From Paraphysomonas bandaiensis (Eukaryota > Protista > Chrysophyceae): a stretch of 64,000 nt of DNA. Shown here one piece after another: positions 22,847-35,812 of the stretch; positions within the stretch are counted from its first letter, which is position 1; each line of letters opens with the position of its first letter. Position numbers and translations under genes: made by a program. Below the pieces are notes generated by a model that was given only the letters and a program-made list of their open reading frames with translations, ran no database searches and was not told the origin of the DNA. The stretch is from positions 1 through 64,000 of the forward strand of contig CBFFRP010000064.1 in assembly GCA_965644295.1 (NCBI GenBank), read 5' to 3'.

Positions 22847-24631
22847 TTAGTTGGGGTAACGATACCCTCGAGGGCGTGGCGGAAAAGGGGGCGGTGCAGG
22901 TACCGGAGGTGGAGGAGGCCGCACGACCCATGGTGGCGGTAAAGGAGGCGCGGCTGCTTGGCAGGGGTTCGGAAACGATGTTTCTCGTGGGATCGGTGCA
23001 GGTGGTCTGAAATGCTCAGGTGTTCGTGGGGGTGGTACCGGAGGCGGCGCTGGAGGGGCAGGTGGACTAGGACGAGTAGTTCCATATTGTCCATATAGGG
23101 CACTGTATTGAGTTAGCCCACTCAATTCTCTACTGACTTCTATATTCGTGGGTGGTCTACCCACTGGCTCTCGAGCGGGAGGTACCGTACGAGGAGGTCG
23201 GGGCGCTGACACAAACTGTATAAATTCGTTAGATGAATACATCGTAGAATTTGGTTTATGTTTCATAGTTCCAGAAACTTCCGTAGAACAAATCGGTATA
23301 TCTTTCAGTATATCCTCCACACCGTGAAGTATATCCTTGATCTCGTTGAAATTTACTTGGATGCAACCGGAGGGGTCCGGTAACAATGTGAGTAAATGAG
23401 GTAGGGATGACACACACTTCTCTATTCCCCCAAAAAACTGATATGCAGCAAACGCGGCTTGCATCATCTTCTCTCCTGTCACCATGTCTAATAGAACCCG
23501 AGATATATCAGCATATGCACTTCGGAGATGATGCGGTGGCCCATGCAACTGCAATGAGTGAATGTGGTTCTCCAGGCGGTCAACAGAACATTTATCACAT
23601 CCTTGAAGGTGTACTCTAAAATATATCCCCAAAATAATCTCCAATGACCATCGTGAGGGGTTTAGACGTCGGTTACACTGTCGCTCTATTCTATGTAGGT
23701 CAACGTCTGGGCACATATCTCTACATGAGTTTTGTGCTGGGGGCAGCAAGGAATTACCAAGAAAGAGACTGTAGTCTGTATTCTTCTCCACACTTGACGG
23801 GATAAGTTTCCAAGTATAGGACCCAGCAAGCAGTTTAGGTAAAATAGCTCCAAGACAATGCCAGTGGGGAGAATATGGGTGAGACTTTGGGGCCCCGAGA
23901 GACCACAAAGCCAGGCGAGCAGCGAGTTGTGTGCAAGTTCGCAGTTTATTCATGGGATGCCGGGTCGATTCATTACCACCAATCTCACGTGAAGACACCA
24001 CGTACTCTAGTAGAAAAGAAAATAACTCACCAGAAGAAGGTTCTTCAGCTGGCCGTGAAGGGCCAGCTTCAAGTATATGGGGAAATTGCCTTGAACAGAG
24101 AACGTCAAATAAGGTGAGAACGGTAGAGATTGAGAACTCTTCCAGAAATATGTTATCCATCCTGGCCACGTCCCTAGTTTCGGATACGAAAGCTATCCAG
24201 CACTGCAATGCTCCCCTCACAGCTCGGTTTCTGCTTATAAGCTTGATTGTTGGAAGCTGTTCTATACAGTCACGAAGGCCAGCAAGGCCACTTATGTCCC
24301 ACCGTCGGACACACATATCACTACTTAGGTTCAACAACACCCAGCCAGGAGACATAGGCATTTTAATATCACGACGAATTGATTCTTCCTTGATATCACA
24401 GGACAAACACTCAACGAACCCAGGATAGCTCTGCAGTATATAGCCCACTGGAGAATCAGCCACCCATGCTGTGATTCTTTTGAACGAATCATCTCCACAC
24501 TTATCGTTGAGGTAGTCCACAGGAATACGCCCACGAAGAGGAGCCAAATACTCCCATAGGAGCTCTATCTCATGATCTAATCGGTGATATTTATCGTCAC
24601 TACGAGATCTTTTTGTCATTAAACAGATCAA
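22847..24631 (-). CDS. Hypothetical protein with polyproline C-terminal tail; true 5' end uncertain
   Basis: 594-codon ORF. No family recognised; upstream exons are possible. Confidence 0.7.
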   Translation of the reverse strand: MICLMTKRSRSDDKYHRLDHEIELLWEYLAPLRGRIPVDYLNDKCGDDSFKRITAWVADSPVGYILQSYPGFVECLSCDIKEESIRRDIKMPMSPGWVLLNLSSDMCVRRWDISGLAGLRDCIEQLPTIKLISRNRAVRGALQCWIAFVSETRDVARMDNIFLEEFSISTVLTLFDVLCSRQFPHILEAGPSRPAEEPSSGELFSFLLEYVVSSREIGGNESTRHPMNKLRTCTQLAARLALWSLGAPKSHPYSPHWHCLGAILPKLLAGSYTWKLIPSSVEKNTDYSLFLGNSLLPPAQNSCRDMCPDVDLHRIERQCNRRLNPSRWSLEIILGIYFRVHLQGCDKCSVDRLENHIHSLQLHGPPHHLRSAYADISRVLLDMVTGEKMMQAAFAAYQFFGGIEKCVSSLPHLLTLLPDPSGCIQVNFNEIKDILHGVEDILKDIPICSTEVSGTMKHKPNSTMYSSNEFIQFVSAPRPPRTVPPAREPVGRPPTNIEVSRELSGLTQYSALYGQYGTTRPSPPAPPAPPPVPPPRTPEHFRPPAPIPRETSFPNPCQAAAPPLPPPWVVRPPPPPVPAPPPFPPRPRGYRYPN

Positions 24632-25099
24632 ATATTGAATAGATTAATGAATGGGTCTCATGAACCTTCTGATGATCTGATAACAGTCATCCACCCATGT
24701 GGTTTGTGTCGGATATATACCTCAGTCCAACTGCTCGACTGAAAAACTGCATATGTGTGTACATATAGACATATTTTTAACCATTGGACCATGCTATACC
24801 GTATACGACGTAGCAGGGATACACGCAGGAAGTATGTATATGTGCCAACTTAGACGTGCGTACCAATGTACTGGTACAGCTGAAGATATAATTTGTACTG
24901 CAATACATGTATTACAGTACATTCGCCAACTCGCTCAGTGTTGTGTGCTGCTGCTCGTGTTGTCAGTATTTTAACAGCATCTGCAGATATGGCTGCATAG
25001 ATACGATCCTCACCGTGCAACTAAGAAATGAAGTTATCCTTCAGTAGAGGTATGTAAACCAAGAAGTCGGATATCTTGTGTTGTTACTGACTGCAAACA

Positions 25100-25705
25100 A
25101 TGAACCGCCGAGGCATGTCAATGACACCTTCATCCACAACCAATCCAGTGGGTAAAACTGCACCGAATGGAGGACTAACTCCGACTCCTGTTTGTGATAT
25201 TGTTCCAAAGACCCCAAGTGTCACCAATACAAGCCAAAACAATAAAATGCGATATGACGTGGATGAATCAGGTGTTTTGAACATACATACGTATCCAACA
25301 TGCAATGAAATCATGTATATGTTGCCTTTTCCATTCTTCTGTCTTGGATGTTTCTCTGCAAAGAGTGCAATCGTGGAATTTAACGATAATACAAGTATGG
25401 TCAAAATTAGGCAATGTTACGGATTTTTGTGCTGTTGTTCCTCTACAATATATCGCCCGTACTGTGATATTGGAAATATCGCATGTCAAAAAGTTAAGCA
25501 AATTCGGGGCCAAGACCCTGGGGTGGAAGTAATACACATCTACCGAGCAGTGATCTTATGGAATGACGGCAGTACGACTGTTTTGTCTCCACCTGATTAT
25601 TTCCCACAGGTTGCCAAGGAGGCGCTAGCATTTCATCTCTTTGTATTTGGACGAAACAACCCTTACTACAACGCACCTCAAGCACATGAATTAGAGATAC
25701 CATGA
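25100..25705 (+). CDS. Hypothetical Cys-rich protein
   Basis: 201-aa ATG ORF with a hydrophobic LPFPFFCLGCF segment and a CCC cluster (possible palmitoylation). Confidence 0.7.
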   Translation: MNRRGMSMTPSSTTNPVGKTAPNGGLTPTPVCDIVPKTPSVTNTSQNNKMRYDVDESGVLNIHTYPTCNEIMYMLPFPFFCLGCFSAKSAIVEFNDNTSMVKIRQCYGFLCCCSSTIYRPYCDIGNIACQKVKQIRGQDPGVEVIHIYRAVILWNDGSTTVLSPPDYFPQVAKEALAFHLFVFGRNNPYYNAPQAHELEIP

Positions 25706-26229
25706 CACATGGCTATAGACTCTAGTACTATATACTGATCTTATTAGATGCATTGAAAATGGACATCTCTTACAGACAGCCTACTTTATCCTGTTATATA
25801 AAGCGCCACACTATCGATATCAAAGATGTATTTGTGCACAGTTTTATGAATGTCGAATTGATAAAGTTGCTTGATTTTAGTATATAATATATGTGTTCTA
25901 TAGCTTGCTTATAAACTAGTATTACTTGCCCTCGAAGTGGACTGTAAGAGCTGAAGTACTGATAAATCAATGAGTTTTGATTATATCTGACCACGACCAA
26001 AGACTTCAGTATCATCCCAAAGTTGTTTATTACAAAAAACTAATATTTATACGACTATTGTGGCTCTCTTTCTTGGTTTCGATGGAATGTTTCATTGTTT
26101 CTAAACAAACTTATACTAAGTGGCTCGTCACTATATAATACTTCTAAAACTAATAAAATGATCTACTAAACAATAATACACGTATCTTTTTTATCATGAA
26201 CGTAGTAATCTTAAAGGGAAATACTTTAT

Positions 26230-26775
26230 AACCTAGTCAAATTGATTGAATTGCCTAGTCGCACTATTTTTGGTGTAAATACCTAGTCAAAGTAATAAAT
26301 GATTCAACTTATTCAATTTTAGTTGTAAAGCTATTCATAAATTGTACTCGCAAAGAGAGCAGGTTAAGTGAAAGCAACGCAGCATAGATCAGGTCAACGC
26401 AATGTTAGAGGACAGAAAACAAGATATTTTATATTTTATAGTAGCATAGACAGGGCTCCACTCTTCTTCGTTCTCTGATCAAAGTATTCATATCTGCCTA
26501 GTCAAATTGGTTTAGCTATCTAGTCACACCAAAATTGGGTTAAAAACCTAGTCATTAAATAATTCAGTTTACAATGACTAGGTTGACTAGGTGTTTTACT
26601 CCCAAGTTTGAGTAAAATTTTCATTTTTGACTAGGTGAATACCCTAAACCACCTAGTCAACCTAGTCATTGTAAACTGAATTATTAAATGACTAGGGTTT
26701 TCAACCAATTTTGGTGTGACTAGGGTTTTAAACCAATTTTGGTGTGACTAGGTAATTAAACCAATATGACTAAGT
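26230..26775. repeat. Foldback structure built from (C)CTAGTCA motifs
   Basis: Arms at ~26497-26593 and ~26650-26773 are reverse complements; more than a dozen CTAGTC(A)/TGACTAG motifs. Confidence 0.8.
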
Positions 26776-27693
26776 TGAATAACAGATCCCAATCTTAAAA
26801 CAAAGTTACGATTAATATATCGCCACAGGTAGGGCAATTTAGCCATAGATCATGAGCTATGAGCTTAACATGAGTGTGTGTACCATACTTACTCAGTAGA
26901 CGGGGATGTATATATTATATTCGATCGTTCTATAATGTATTTGGTCAATAAGTTATAAATTTACCTGGTATCTGGCATAAGTTTCTCAAGTGAATATTTT
27001 CATTCAACATTGATGAAGTCGCCAGTTCTCGTGTTGTACTAGTACATTGGTTGTGTGTATTGTGCGTTGTACGTGCCCTTCCTCATATACTATATATACA
27101 TCTAACACCAGTACTATCATGCGTGATGTGCACATAGGTTTTCTGTGTGCATATCTATTGACACATGTCCAAGATTTAGTAATGCACGTCATGGGTTAAC
27201 ATCGTTGCATTCAACTCTGCATCGCGAAGTACCATATCATAAACGCATCGAGTTTATGATCCTTATATGCTCATGGATCATAAAACTTGCTCTTGTATAT
27301 AGCATGACATGATTCAACACACATTGTGCAGGATTTACAAACTGTAGAGCAAGATCTGACTGCGATTTGTGAGTTATCTGTGGTATATCCATTGAAAATA
27401 GCCAATTTCTGCACAAAAGGTGGTTTTTTAAAGCCTTTTCTAAGGCATAATATTTAACCTAGAAATTGAATGTAGAAATTACTGAAATTTTGGAATACAC
27501 CCAATGGATAATCAACATAATAGTCCAATTTTCCCTAATTTTCTCCAGATAGTTGCCAGTATATTGTATTGTACTTGACGCACTAAAAATTTCAATACAT
27601 CTCACTGCAATTGTCTCCAAGTTACACGAGTTTGTTCATATTACCACTGCAGTTGATAAAACCCACTCTGTTTGGTAGTAATCTGATAGTGCG

Positions 27694-29608
27694 ATGTCCG
27701 ACAAGGAGGAGTATCAGTCTTCCAGTGAAGATGTTTCCTCACAACATGAGGCAGAAGAGGAATGTGTTGATGATCAAATACCAGTTGCGAGCTGGCAAAA
27801 TAGTGATGATAATACCCCTCCTGTGCCTCCCTCCCCTGCGGCACACACCGTCCCTTCACCTCCTGTTGAACCAGAAGTCAGTAATATTATAGCGGAGTTT
27901 GAAAAGGTCAGTTCATAGAATTATCAGTGCATTGCGATGTGTGTGCATTGGTTTGTGTGTATTGATATAAGTTTATTGTGTTTTATGTCTGATGATAATT
28001 CTCTTTCATGTTACTACCTCGCATGTTCTATTTTACGTCATGAGATGGTAACGTAGCTCTCTAACAGGCAGCGATGGAGCACATCACTGACGAAGAATAC
28101 TGGGATAACCTCATGTCTAGAGCTAAGGAGATGAAACTAATACCTGACCCGCCATTGCAGTTTAATAGTAAAGACACAGATGAGAGAACGTTATTCGGTG
28201 CCGTGAAAGCGAATAAGATAAACATAGTAAGTGCTATAGTACGAGTGTTTATACCTCAATAGATATCTAAATATATGTGTATATATATGTATTATCCAAT
28301 GTTAGTAACAATGCATTATCAGGTCGAGGAGTTATTGGAAGAGGGGGAGGATCCAAACCAGCAAAATGAAAATGGAACATATGCCATGCATTTTGCTTGC
28401 ATAAAGAATTTCTTGACAGTTGCGAAGCTATTGAAACAGCATGGTGCTGCTGTTGATGTACAGAATCATGCCGGCCTCACCCCATTGCACTGTGCTGTTG
28501 ATGTCGGTGGCAGCATGAAACTTTGCGTTTGGCTTGTAGCAAATGGCGCTGAAGTGGATGCTGCGAGTGGTACAGGGAAAACTCCATTACACTGCACCTG
28601 TCTACAAGGATTTACAGATATTGCTCAGTGGTTAATCAAGAAAGGGGCAAATCCAGTGGCACAAACAACAGATGGATCTTTTCCTGTGCATTTTGCTTGC
28701 CATAGAGGTAGCATGGACCTTGTTGACTTACTGCTGGAACATGGAGCATCATTGGATGTGGTGAACCACAATGGGGAGACGCCGTTTATGTGGGCATGTG
28801 ACAGAGGTCATCTGGAGCTGGTGACGGCTCTGAAGGAAAAAGGTGTGAATGTATTTGCGAGGTGTAACTTAGGTCATACTGCGCTTCACTTCGCCGCTTT
28901 GAACGGCCATATCGACGTTGTTATATACCTTGTCCAGTCCTGTGATTTGGACGTAAATGCGACAGACAATGACATGGGAACTGCACTGCACTGCGCTTGT
29001 CAACGGGGTCATCTCGAGGTGGCAATGTGGCTGGCCGAAAGAGCTGCACTCAATATTGTAACATCATCTAGAGTTACTCTGCTTCATAGTGCTTGTGACG
29101 GAGGCAATATACAAATTGTGGAGATGCTGTGTGATAAAGGTCTTGACCCGGGAGCTAAAGACATTGATATGCGGTGTGTAATGCATTTGAATTTGTATGT
29201 TTTTAGAAACAAGGCCATAAAAATATGTACGACAAATTCTCTCTATATAGTTTTTTGTTTTTGAGTGCCACATGCACCCACTATATGCATGATATAACTG
29301 CAATGTTTTGCAGGACACCTTTGCACTATGCAGCATACAGGGGACATACTGCTGTCGTGGAGTGGTTTCATAATAACTTCGAGAATGTTGATCTTCTAAT
29401 GCGCGTCAGTAACAAGAGAGGTAGCAACTGTTTGCATGTGGCCTGCCAAAAGGGCCACCTTGAATTGGTGAAGTACCTCATCGCTTGTGGCGTTCCGATT
29501 GACTGCCAAAATAACAGTGGCAATACACCACTACATATGGCGAGTGAGAATGGTCATATTGCTCTTGCCAAATGGCTTGCAGATCATGGTGCTAAGTTGT
29601 GGGTCTAG
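27694..29608 (+). CDS. Ankyrin repeat protein (exons 27694-27906, 28068-28226, 28323-29173, 29314-29608)
   Basis: About 11-12 G-x-T-P/A-L-H ankyrin repeats; acidic, Pro-rich N-terminus; GT-AG introns keep the frame. Confidence 0.92.
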
Positions 29609-30282
29609 GCGTTGCTTATTACTGTTCATTCACTACATGTTCCGTGCGTCCAGCCCTGATAGGTCGACCCTCTAACCATTTTTTGTAGGATGGCCATAAG
29701 AAAATAGCTTATTTGTTAGACTTAGTTGGCGACTATGTGGTGGTCTTGTACTGAAGTCGTTGTGCGCCTGCATGTGTGTTGTCATATGTAAATTGTTATT
29801 CATATGCTGATGATTTGCTCATTATACGAACACATAACTAATATTCAACCGTACTTTAAGAATTCTACAATTAGTATTACAAATTATTGATACGGTTCAG
29901 GATTAATCAATATCGGGTATGACAATATCGTTGCGCCCTAGCGAGGGGCAAGTTATTACTACATAACCTAGATTATCATGAGGAATACATGTAACATTTA
30001 CAAGCTCTGTTTTCAATCTGTATCACTATTCTAACAACCATTTGTCTAAAACATCAGACAGAATTACAGAGTCCCACGTTCGGTGATTTACGTAAACGAA
30101 GAAATCCCATACTATATTGCTGTAATAGGTAATAGTGCATATACATATTTAATGTATTATGTTGAGTTTTGCTACTCAAGTTGAGAGCATTTAAAGCTGT
30201 AGTTCGTAGTTCAAAAGTATTGGAATTGTTACTGTTAATGGAAGAATCAGAAGTGGTTAACTGTATTATGTATTATGAGAAC

Positions 30283-31070
30283 CAGGGATAGGGAACAATA
30301 TATTGCACTACTATTGTTAGATAGCGTTCCATCAATAGTATTGATGGATTTTTTAAACCAGTCCTACAATACAATTACAATATATTGCAATATATTTTCA
30401 ATGTATTGCAATATATTAGTATGACTAATCAGTAGGTAAACACATCCGTAGATTTCATTTTTAGTATTAGTCATTAAGATCGCATGACAACCAAACCAAC
30501 TGCTGCTTATTATAGTAGCTACGAAAAATCCACCTCGTCCTCATCCTCTGAGCCATCATCGGTGACGTCAACACCACCATATTCATCCACAGAATTAATT
30601 AGTATCCGGCCATAACTGTCGAATAGCTTTCAGAAACAACAGCATATATATTAAGTAGGATGGATACTTTTGCGCAACACTGATATAATATGTTTAGCTC
30701 TGCTGAACAGACGTTCCCATGTATTGGAAGTACATACCAGGGCCAGGCAACCGTTAATGACTCGTGGATCTCTACGTTTCTTAATTTTTTGACTGAAGAT
30801 TTTTAGTCGCATAGTCAACATCAGCTTCATTATCCTTTGTAATGTTGTAATCAATTTCTCAGTTATTTATATCCATTTTTCACCCTACAGTTGAGAAACT
30901 TCTCTTATATGACTACCATAATATTGATTGCAATATATTGCAATAGTATAGTATAGAAACAATATTGATGGAATATTTGACCAGTCCACCAATCAATATA
31001 TTACTACAAAATATATTGCAATATATTGTACAATGTATTGCAATACAATATATATTGTTCCCTATCCCTG
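30283..31070 (-). mobile_element. Internally deleted hAT element / MITE
   Basis: TIR CAGGGATAGGGAACAATATAT / ATATATTGTTCCCTATCCCTG; CAATATATTG subterminal repeats; hAT dimerisation remnant TSNTWERLFSRAKHIISVLRKSIHP (30651-30854). No clear TSD. Confidence 0.85.
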
Positions 31071-31418
31071 CTTGGTTGCACTCATTGAGAACTAATGTCA
31101 TGATAGCAATCATAGTAGTGAAACTGAATATATTTTGACCGTATAAGATTGTGATATATATATATATTGAAAGTCATATTATGAATTTGGTGATTGACAA
31201 GTGATATTGATAATAAGATTATTATAATATGTTTCTAACTTATATCTAGGTTATCAGAGTTGAACACTGACTCTTAAACGCCTATTGCTAATAATAAGAC
31301 ATTCAATACTAACTTATGGTCTAAAAATAGAGTGAAAATATTATTCACTTATGTCAATTCTAACATATTATGCATTCCCATATTTTTCTATATATATTTA
31401 CACTGCTATACTCAGTAG

Positions 31419-34400
31419 TCATTTTAATTTTCCTGATGCTATTTTAATCAGCTTCTGAGTATAATATCGATACATTACAGGAGTATTCACATTATTCCAG
31501 GCCTCTGCACATTTCCAAGTGCAGAATACTTTGTCATTCCCTCGTCTGTGGCCATATTGCTCTCGAAGAGCTTTCTGACTATCTAAGTACTTCGCTGAGA
31601 AAGCTAATGCAGTTCTATCTGTATGCATAGGTTGTGACAGAAACCCTCCACGTTTGTGAGGCCTAAAATCATTCTTGGAACCTGTTCTTAGCAAAGTTGG
31701 AATAAGCTTCCCTAAAATACATAACGTGAAAAGACGTCGAAACATTTAAACTCTAAGTGGTACCTTTTCCTCTGAACGACCTGCCACAACATGAACACGG
31801 ATTCGGGTTCCACGGTAGCCGCTTCTTGACCTTCTTGGTTTTCTTTGATTTAGCTTTTCGGTCTGGCACTGGTTCGGGATTGATCTTTATACACTCTCCA
31901 TTTGAATTAACCTGTCCACTGAGCTTATTTTCAGGGTTGTCGTCTTCATCGCTATCAATATTATAGATGTCATCAGTATCATAGTTATCAGTAGATTCTT
32001 GTAACTCTTTTTCAAAATCACTTCCGTATGACTCTTGTCGACCAAATAAATCGCCTTGTACCTCATCCGTATCAGACATTCCAGTGAGCTCGAATATACC
32101 ATCATCGTCATTACTACTCCCTCCGTTCTCACGCCTGAAGCGGGCTCTCGTAGATTTTTTTTTGGCAGACAAAATCCGTTTCCGAGTGCGTGACATAGGG
32201 GTGGGTACAGAAGAATGGGATGATATAGCATTGATATGCTTTAGAATTTTATCTGGAAAAAAGCTTAAAGTCCCAGGAGAGGAGAAGTTGTATTCGTGTG
32301 GTAAATTGAGGTCCTCAGAGAGCGCTTGTAAAGCTTCCAGTACGGCGGATATCTGCTCTAAGCTTGTAGTAATGATAGTTACAGACTCCAATGCACAATA
32401 TTGAACTCTTCCCTCCATATGGACCCTTTGACCCTCACTACGTGAGTGCAAAGCTTCTACCATCTTCTGGTAGTGCTCAGCCGCACTAGAGGATCTCCGT
32501 AAAGCAAACTTTACTACGTTACTGTAATGTGAATGTAATTTGTTAACTACGTTCATAGGCCCCCTATAATAAATTATGACTGCATTAGATGCACCACAAC
32601 ACAGAAAGTTGATGCACATACCCCATAAGACAATTACTCAATTTTAGAAGTTTCTCCTGGTGTCGTCGCTCAATAATGCAGATGGCTGTGCGTCCTCCAA
32701 TGTAATTTTGCTCATTCTGTACCCCAATAAAGTGTTCAGCATGCTTAACATCTGACGGGCTTGGGCAGTTGCGCACATAATGTTCTTTGGCGTAGTTAGC
32801 ATCATCGATCACTTTCATCAGTTTGTGATTGGCACTTCGGTTTCTAATACTCCTCTGAGCCATACGCACCTATACGAGGCGTACAGACACACATTACATA
32901 CATGGACACAGAACATATTTACGGCACAATCACGACGAAGAACTGCATAGCATCGCGTAAACATATATGCGCAAGTCCACACACCTCACGACTATGGGCC
33001 TCTTCTTCCTGCTCCAATCGACTCGCAAGAGAAGTATGTAAGAGCTTTTCCCACCTTGTCATCACTTTATCTAAAAAATCTTCGGTGTACAACGCTTTAC
33101 TCTTTACCAACTGGAATAAGCCCTTCGTATTGTTAATCGTAACATTCTCGTTAAACTTAGGAGGGGACTTCTTTGGGACACGTTTTCTTAATGCCTCGTG
33201 AGGTATGGGTGGTTTGTTAGGGCGTGGAGGGGATGGAAATACAGGAGAAGCTGGTCCAGCACTGGCACTTCTTTTCATACGAGAAAATACTGCCGGTATG
33301 GGAGGTTTGCGGGTAAGTTTGTAGTCTAGCTGGGTTGCCGACATAAGTTTAGATGCCGCTCGACTAGGAGTAGCTGAACGTGGTCGACGGTGAGGAAGGG
33401 GTGCGGTACTGGCGTGAACTCCCGAAGAAACGGTAGCATAAGCCGATTGCGGTCGCGTACGCGAGTTGGCTTTGCTTGTATCATTTTCACCTTCAGAGTG
33501 TGAATAATCATTTTTAAAAGAACTCTCTGACTGATTCGAGTAGGGTATAGGATCTGCTGGTTGTACGCCTACATTGGGCGTTTGTGGACTCGAAGGTGGA
33601 TCCTTATCAGCCTTCTGTGCCGGCGAAGGTGTCGAAGAGGAAAATTCACATTTCTCTGCAATTCTAGCCTTAGGTGAAATTTGAACTTCGTTTGCAGTCA
33701 AGTTATTGGGTGAAACACAGGGCGGTCTAGAATCCGTATCAGATGGCACATTAGGTGTACAACTTGAGAGGTTGTGGGAGTGAGGAGTTTCCGGGGGAGT
33801 AGACGAAGATGAAGAGTCCGGGCTGGTTGCGCCGTGTAGCGTATCCCCTTCATCTTCCGAGACAATCATGCTCATTAGTTTATCCATAGATGACTTCGGC
33901 TGTAATTTCCCAGGGGATTTCTGCTTTGGAGAATAAGAGTGGTTGGGAAAACTATCCTCACTGCTTTGCTCAATGATAAATAAATCCGGAAATAAGTCAC
34001 TCGCTTCCCCTTTATCAGCATCTTCAGAAATCATATTCGTTGCCGCACCCACTACAGATTTAGTGGAGGAGTGCTGGTCATCACACTGTTTACTACCACC
34101 TCTGCCTCCAGAAATATTAATATCATCATCATATTCAGCGGATGGTGACTCCGCTCCATGTACTGAGTGCAGATTAGGAGATTTCCCAACAATTCCACCT
34201 CCAGAAATGTCAAAATCATCGTCATATTCAGCGGATGGTGACTCTGTTCCGTGAACTGAGTGCAGATTAGAAGATTTTCCAACATTTCCACCTCCAGAAA
34301 TGTCAAAATCATCGTTATATTCAACGGATGGTGACTCTGGTCCATGTACTGAGTGATGAAACATCGACTTATAATTGTCATCCTGATTCCCTCCTCTGGA

Positions 34401-35288
34401 GATTTCAAAATCAGTATCATATCCGCCGTGTGAGTAATCGGTCCCACTTACTATGCTCTCTGTACCAGGTAATACTAGACTCGTGGTAGCCATTAGACGA
34501 GGTGAACCAGTATCTTCTCCATAACTACCACGCAAGGGGTTTTTCGTTTCCATTCCAAATACTTCTATACCACTGACATCCACGTCTTCACAGATCTTGG
34601 GGAAAGAGTCCCCTGACAACAATTCTTGCTTCTGGGCAACGTCCACAGTACTATGATGAGCCTCTGAAGACTCAAAATCATCATCATATGAAGCATGTGC
34701 AGACTCTTCATCCTTTAGTGTAGCCCTTACTGCTGGCGACATAACCCCAGACGTTTCGAAATCGTCATCATAGCCTTCAATATGGGAATCCTCTGGGTTC
34801 ACAAAGCTGCTCTCAGCTTCGCGTGCAGTATTTCCAATATCGTCAACACCTAAGTTCTCAAAATCATCATCGTAACCATCGTTAGGAGAATCAGCGTGCG
34901 GAGTACCATTTTCTTCTAAGCGGCCGTCAAATACCATATTACTCTCCATACTCACTGCAGTAGCACGTTTGAATAAACTCATTTCACTGGTTGACAATTC
35001 ATCAGTCGGAAAAGACTCCCAAAGACGCTGTACTAAACCAGTAGAGTTGATATATATTCCTTCCGCACCAGCTGATACAGCAGATGTACGGCATATACAG
35101 GCGATTAGAGGGCGTCTAATATCCGCTTTACTTGCACAGAAATTCTGAAGCAATTCATTGAATTCATTCGGCGAACGCTTCACAGAGAGCTTATCTGTAA
35201 CAAACAGTTGAACGGCATTCAGTTCCTGAAAGAATAACTCGAATTGGTCTCTTATAGCACTGAATATTTGAATCTGATCAGAGTTCAT
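31419..35288 (-). CDS. Large multi-exon hypothetical protein with acidic YDDDF repeats and a C-terminal Cys motif
   Basis: Consecutive minus-strand ORFs 32919-35288, 32585-32869, 31753-32619 and 31419-31745 can be joined by GT-AG introns. Confidence 0.75.
34105..34360 (-). repeat. Coding tandem repeat, ~78-bp unit x3
   Basis: HSVHG(P/T/A)ESPS(V/A)EY(N/D)DD(F/I)(D/N)ISGG repeated three times. Confidence 0.9.
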
Positions 35289-35718
35289 CTCTCTACAATA
35301 AACATCCCATTCAGTAGAGTATCCGCCATATGGGCATCATCACCCGACTCCAACCACTTACTTCCAGCACAAAACTCGGCTACGAAAGTGTGTCATTTCA
35401 TGAATGAGAGTAGAGTGTGGTTAAGTTCTGTTAGATGTGCATATGCAGGGCTGTGTATGCGGTGGTTTCTATACTGGGCTCTCTGTCGCTGTACACTCTA
35501 CTGTACAGACATAGAAGTTACAGCACTGTTTTTTTGAAACCAGACCATGTCATTAACGTTACATTCTGTCATCAAGCAAAAAAGTCACCCTTTTTCATTG
35601 TTGATTATCAAAACACAAGGATTCATCTAAAATTCATGGGTTTTCTTGCTTTATCGACAGGTTTCTATAATACCATACAGGGGGTGTTTTGTGCATATCG
35701 ATTTCATTGATTTGTTCG

Positions 35719-35812
35719 TCGATTATTTCTTGAAAAGTCATCGTTTTCTCATTAAAAAGTCATTTTTATCACTTTTCACTGAAAAAACGATGACTTTTCA
35801 AGAAATAATTGA
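35719..35812. repeat. ~33-bp-arm inverted repeat (hairpin/MITE remnant)
   Basis: TCGATTATTTCTTGAAAAGTCATCGTTTTCTCA ... TGAAAAAACGATGACTTTTCAAGAAATAATTGA. Confidence 0.85.
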
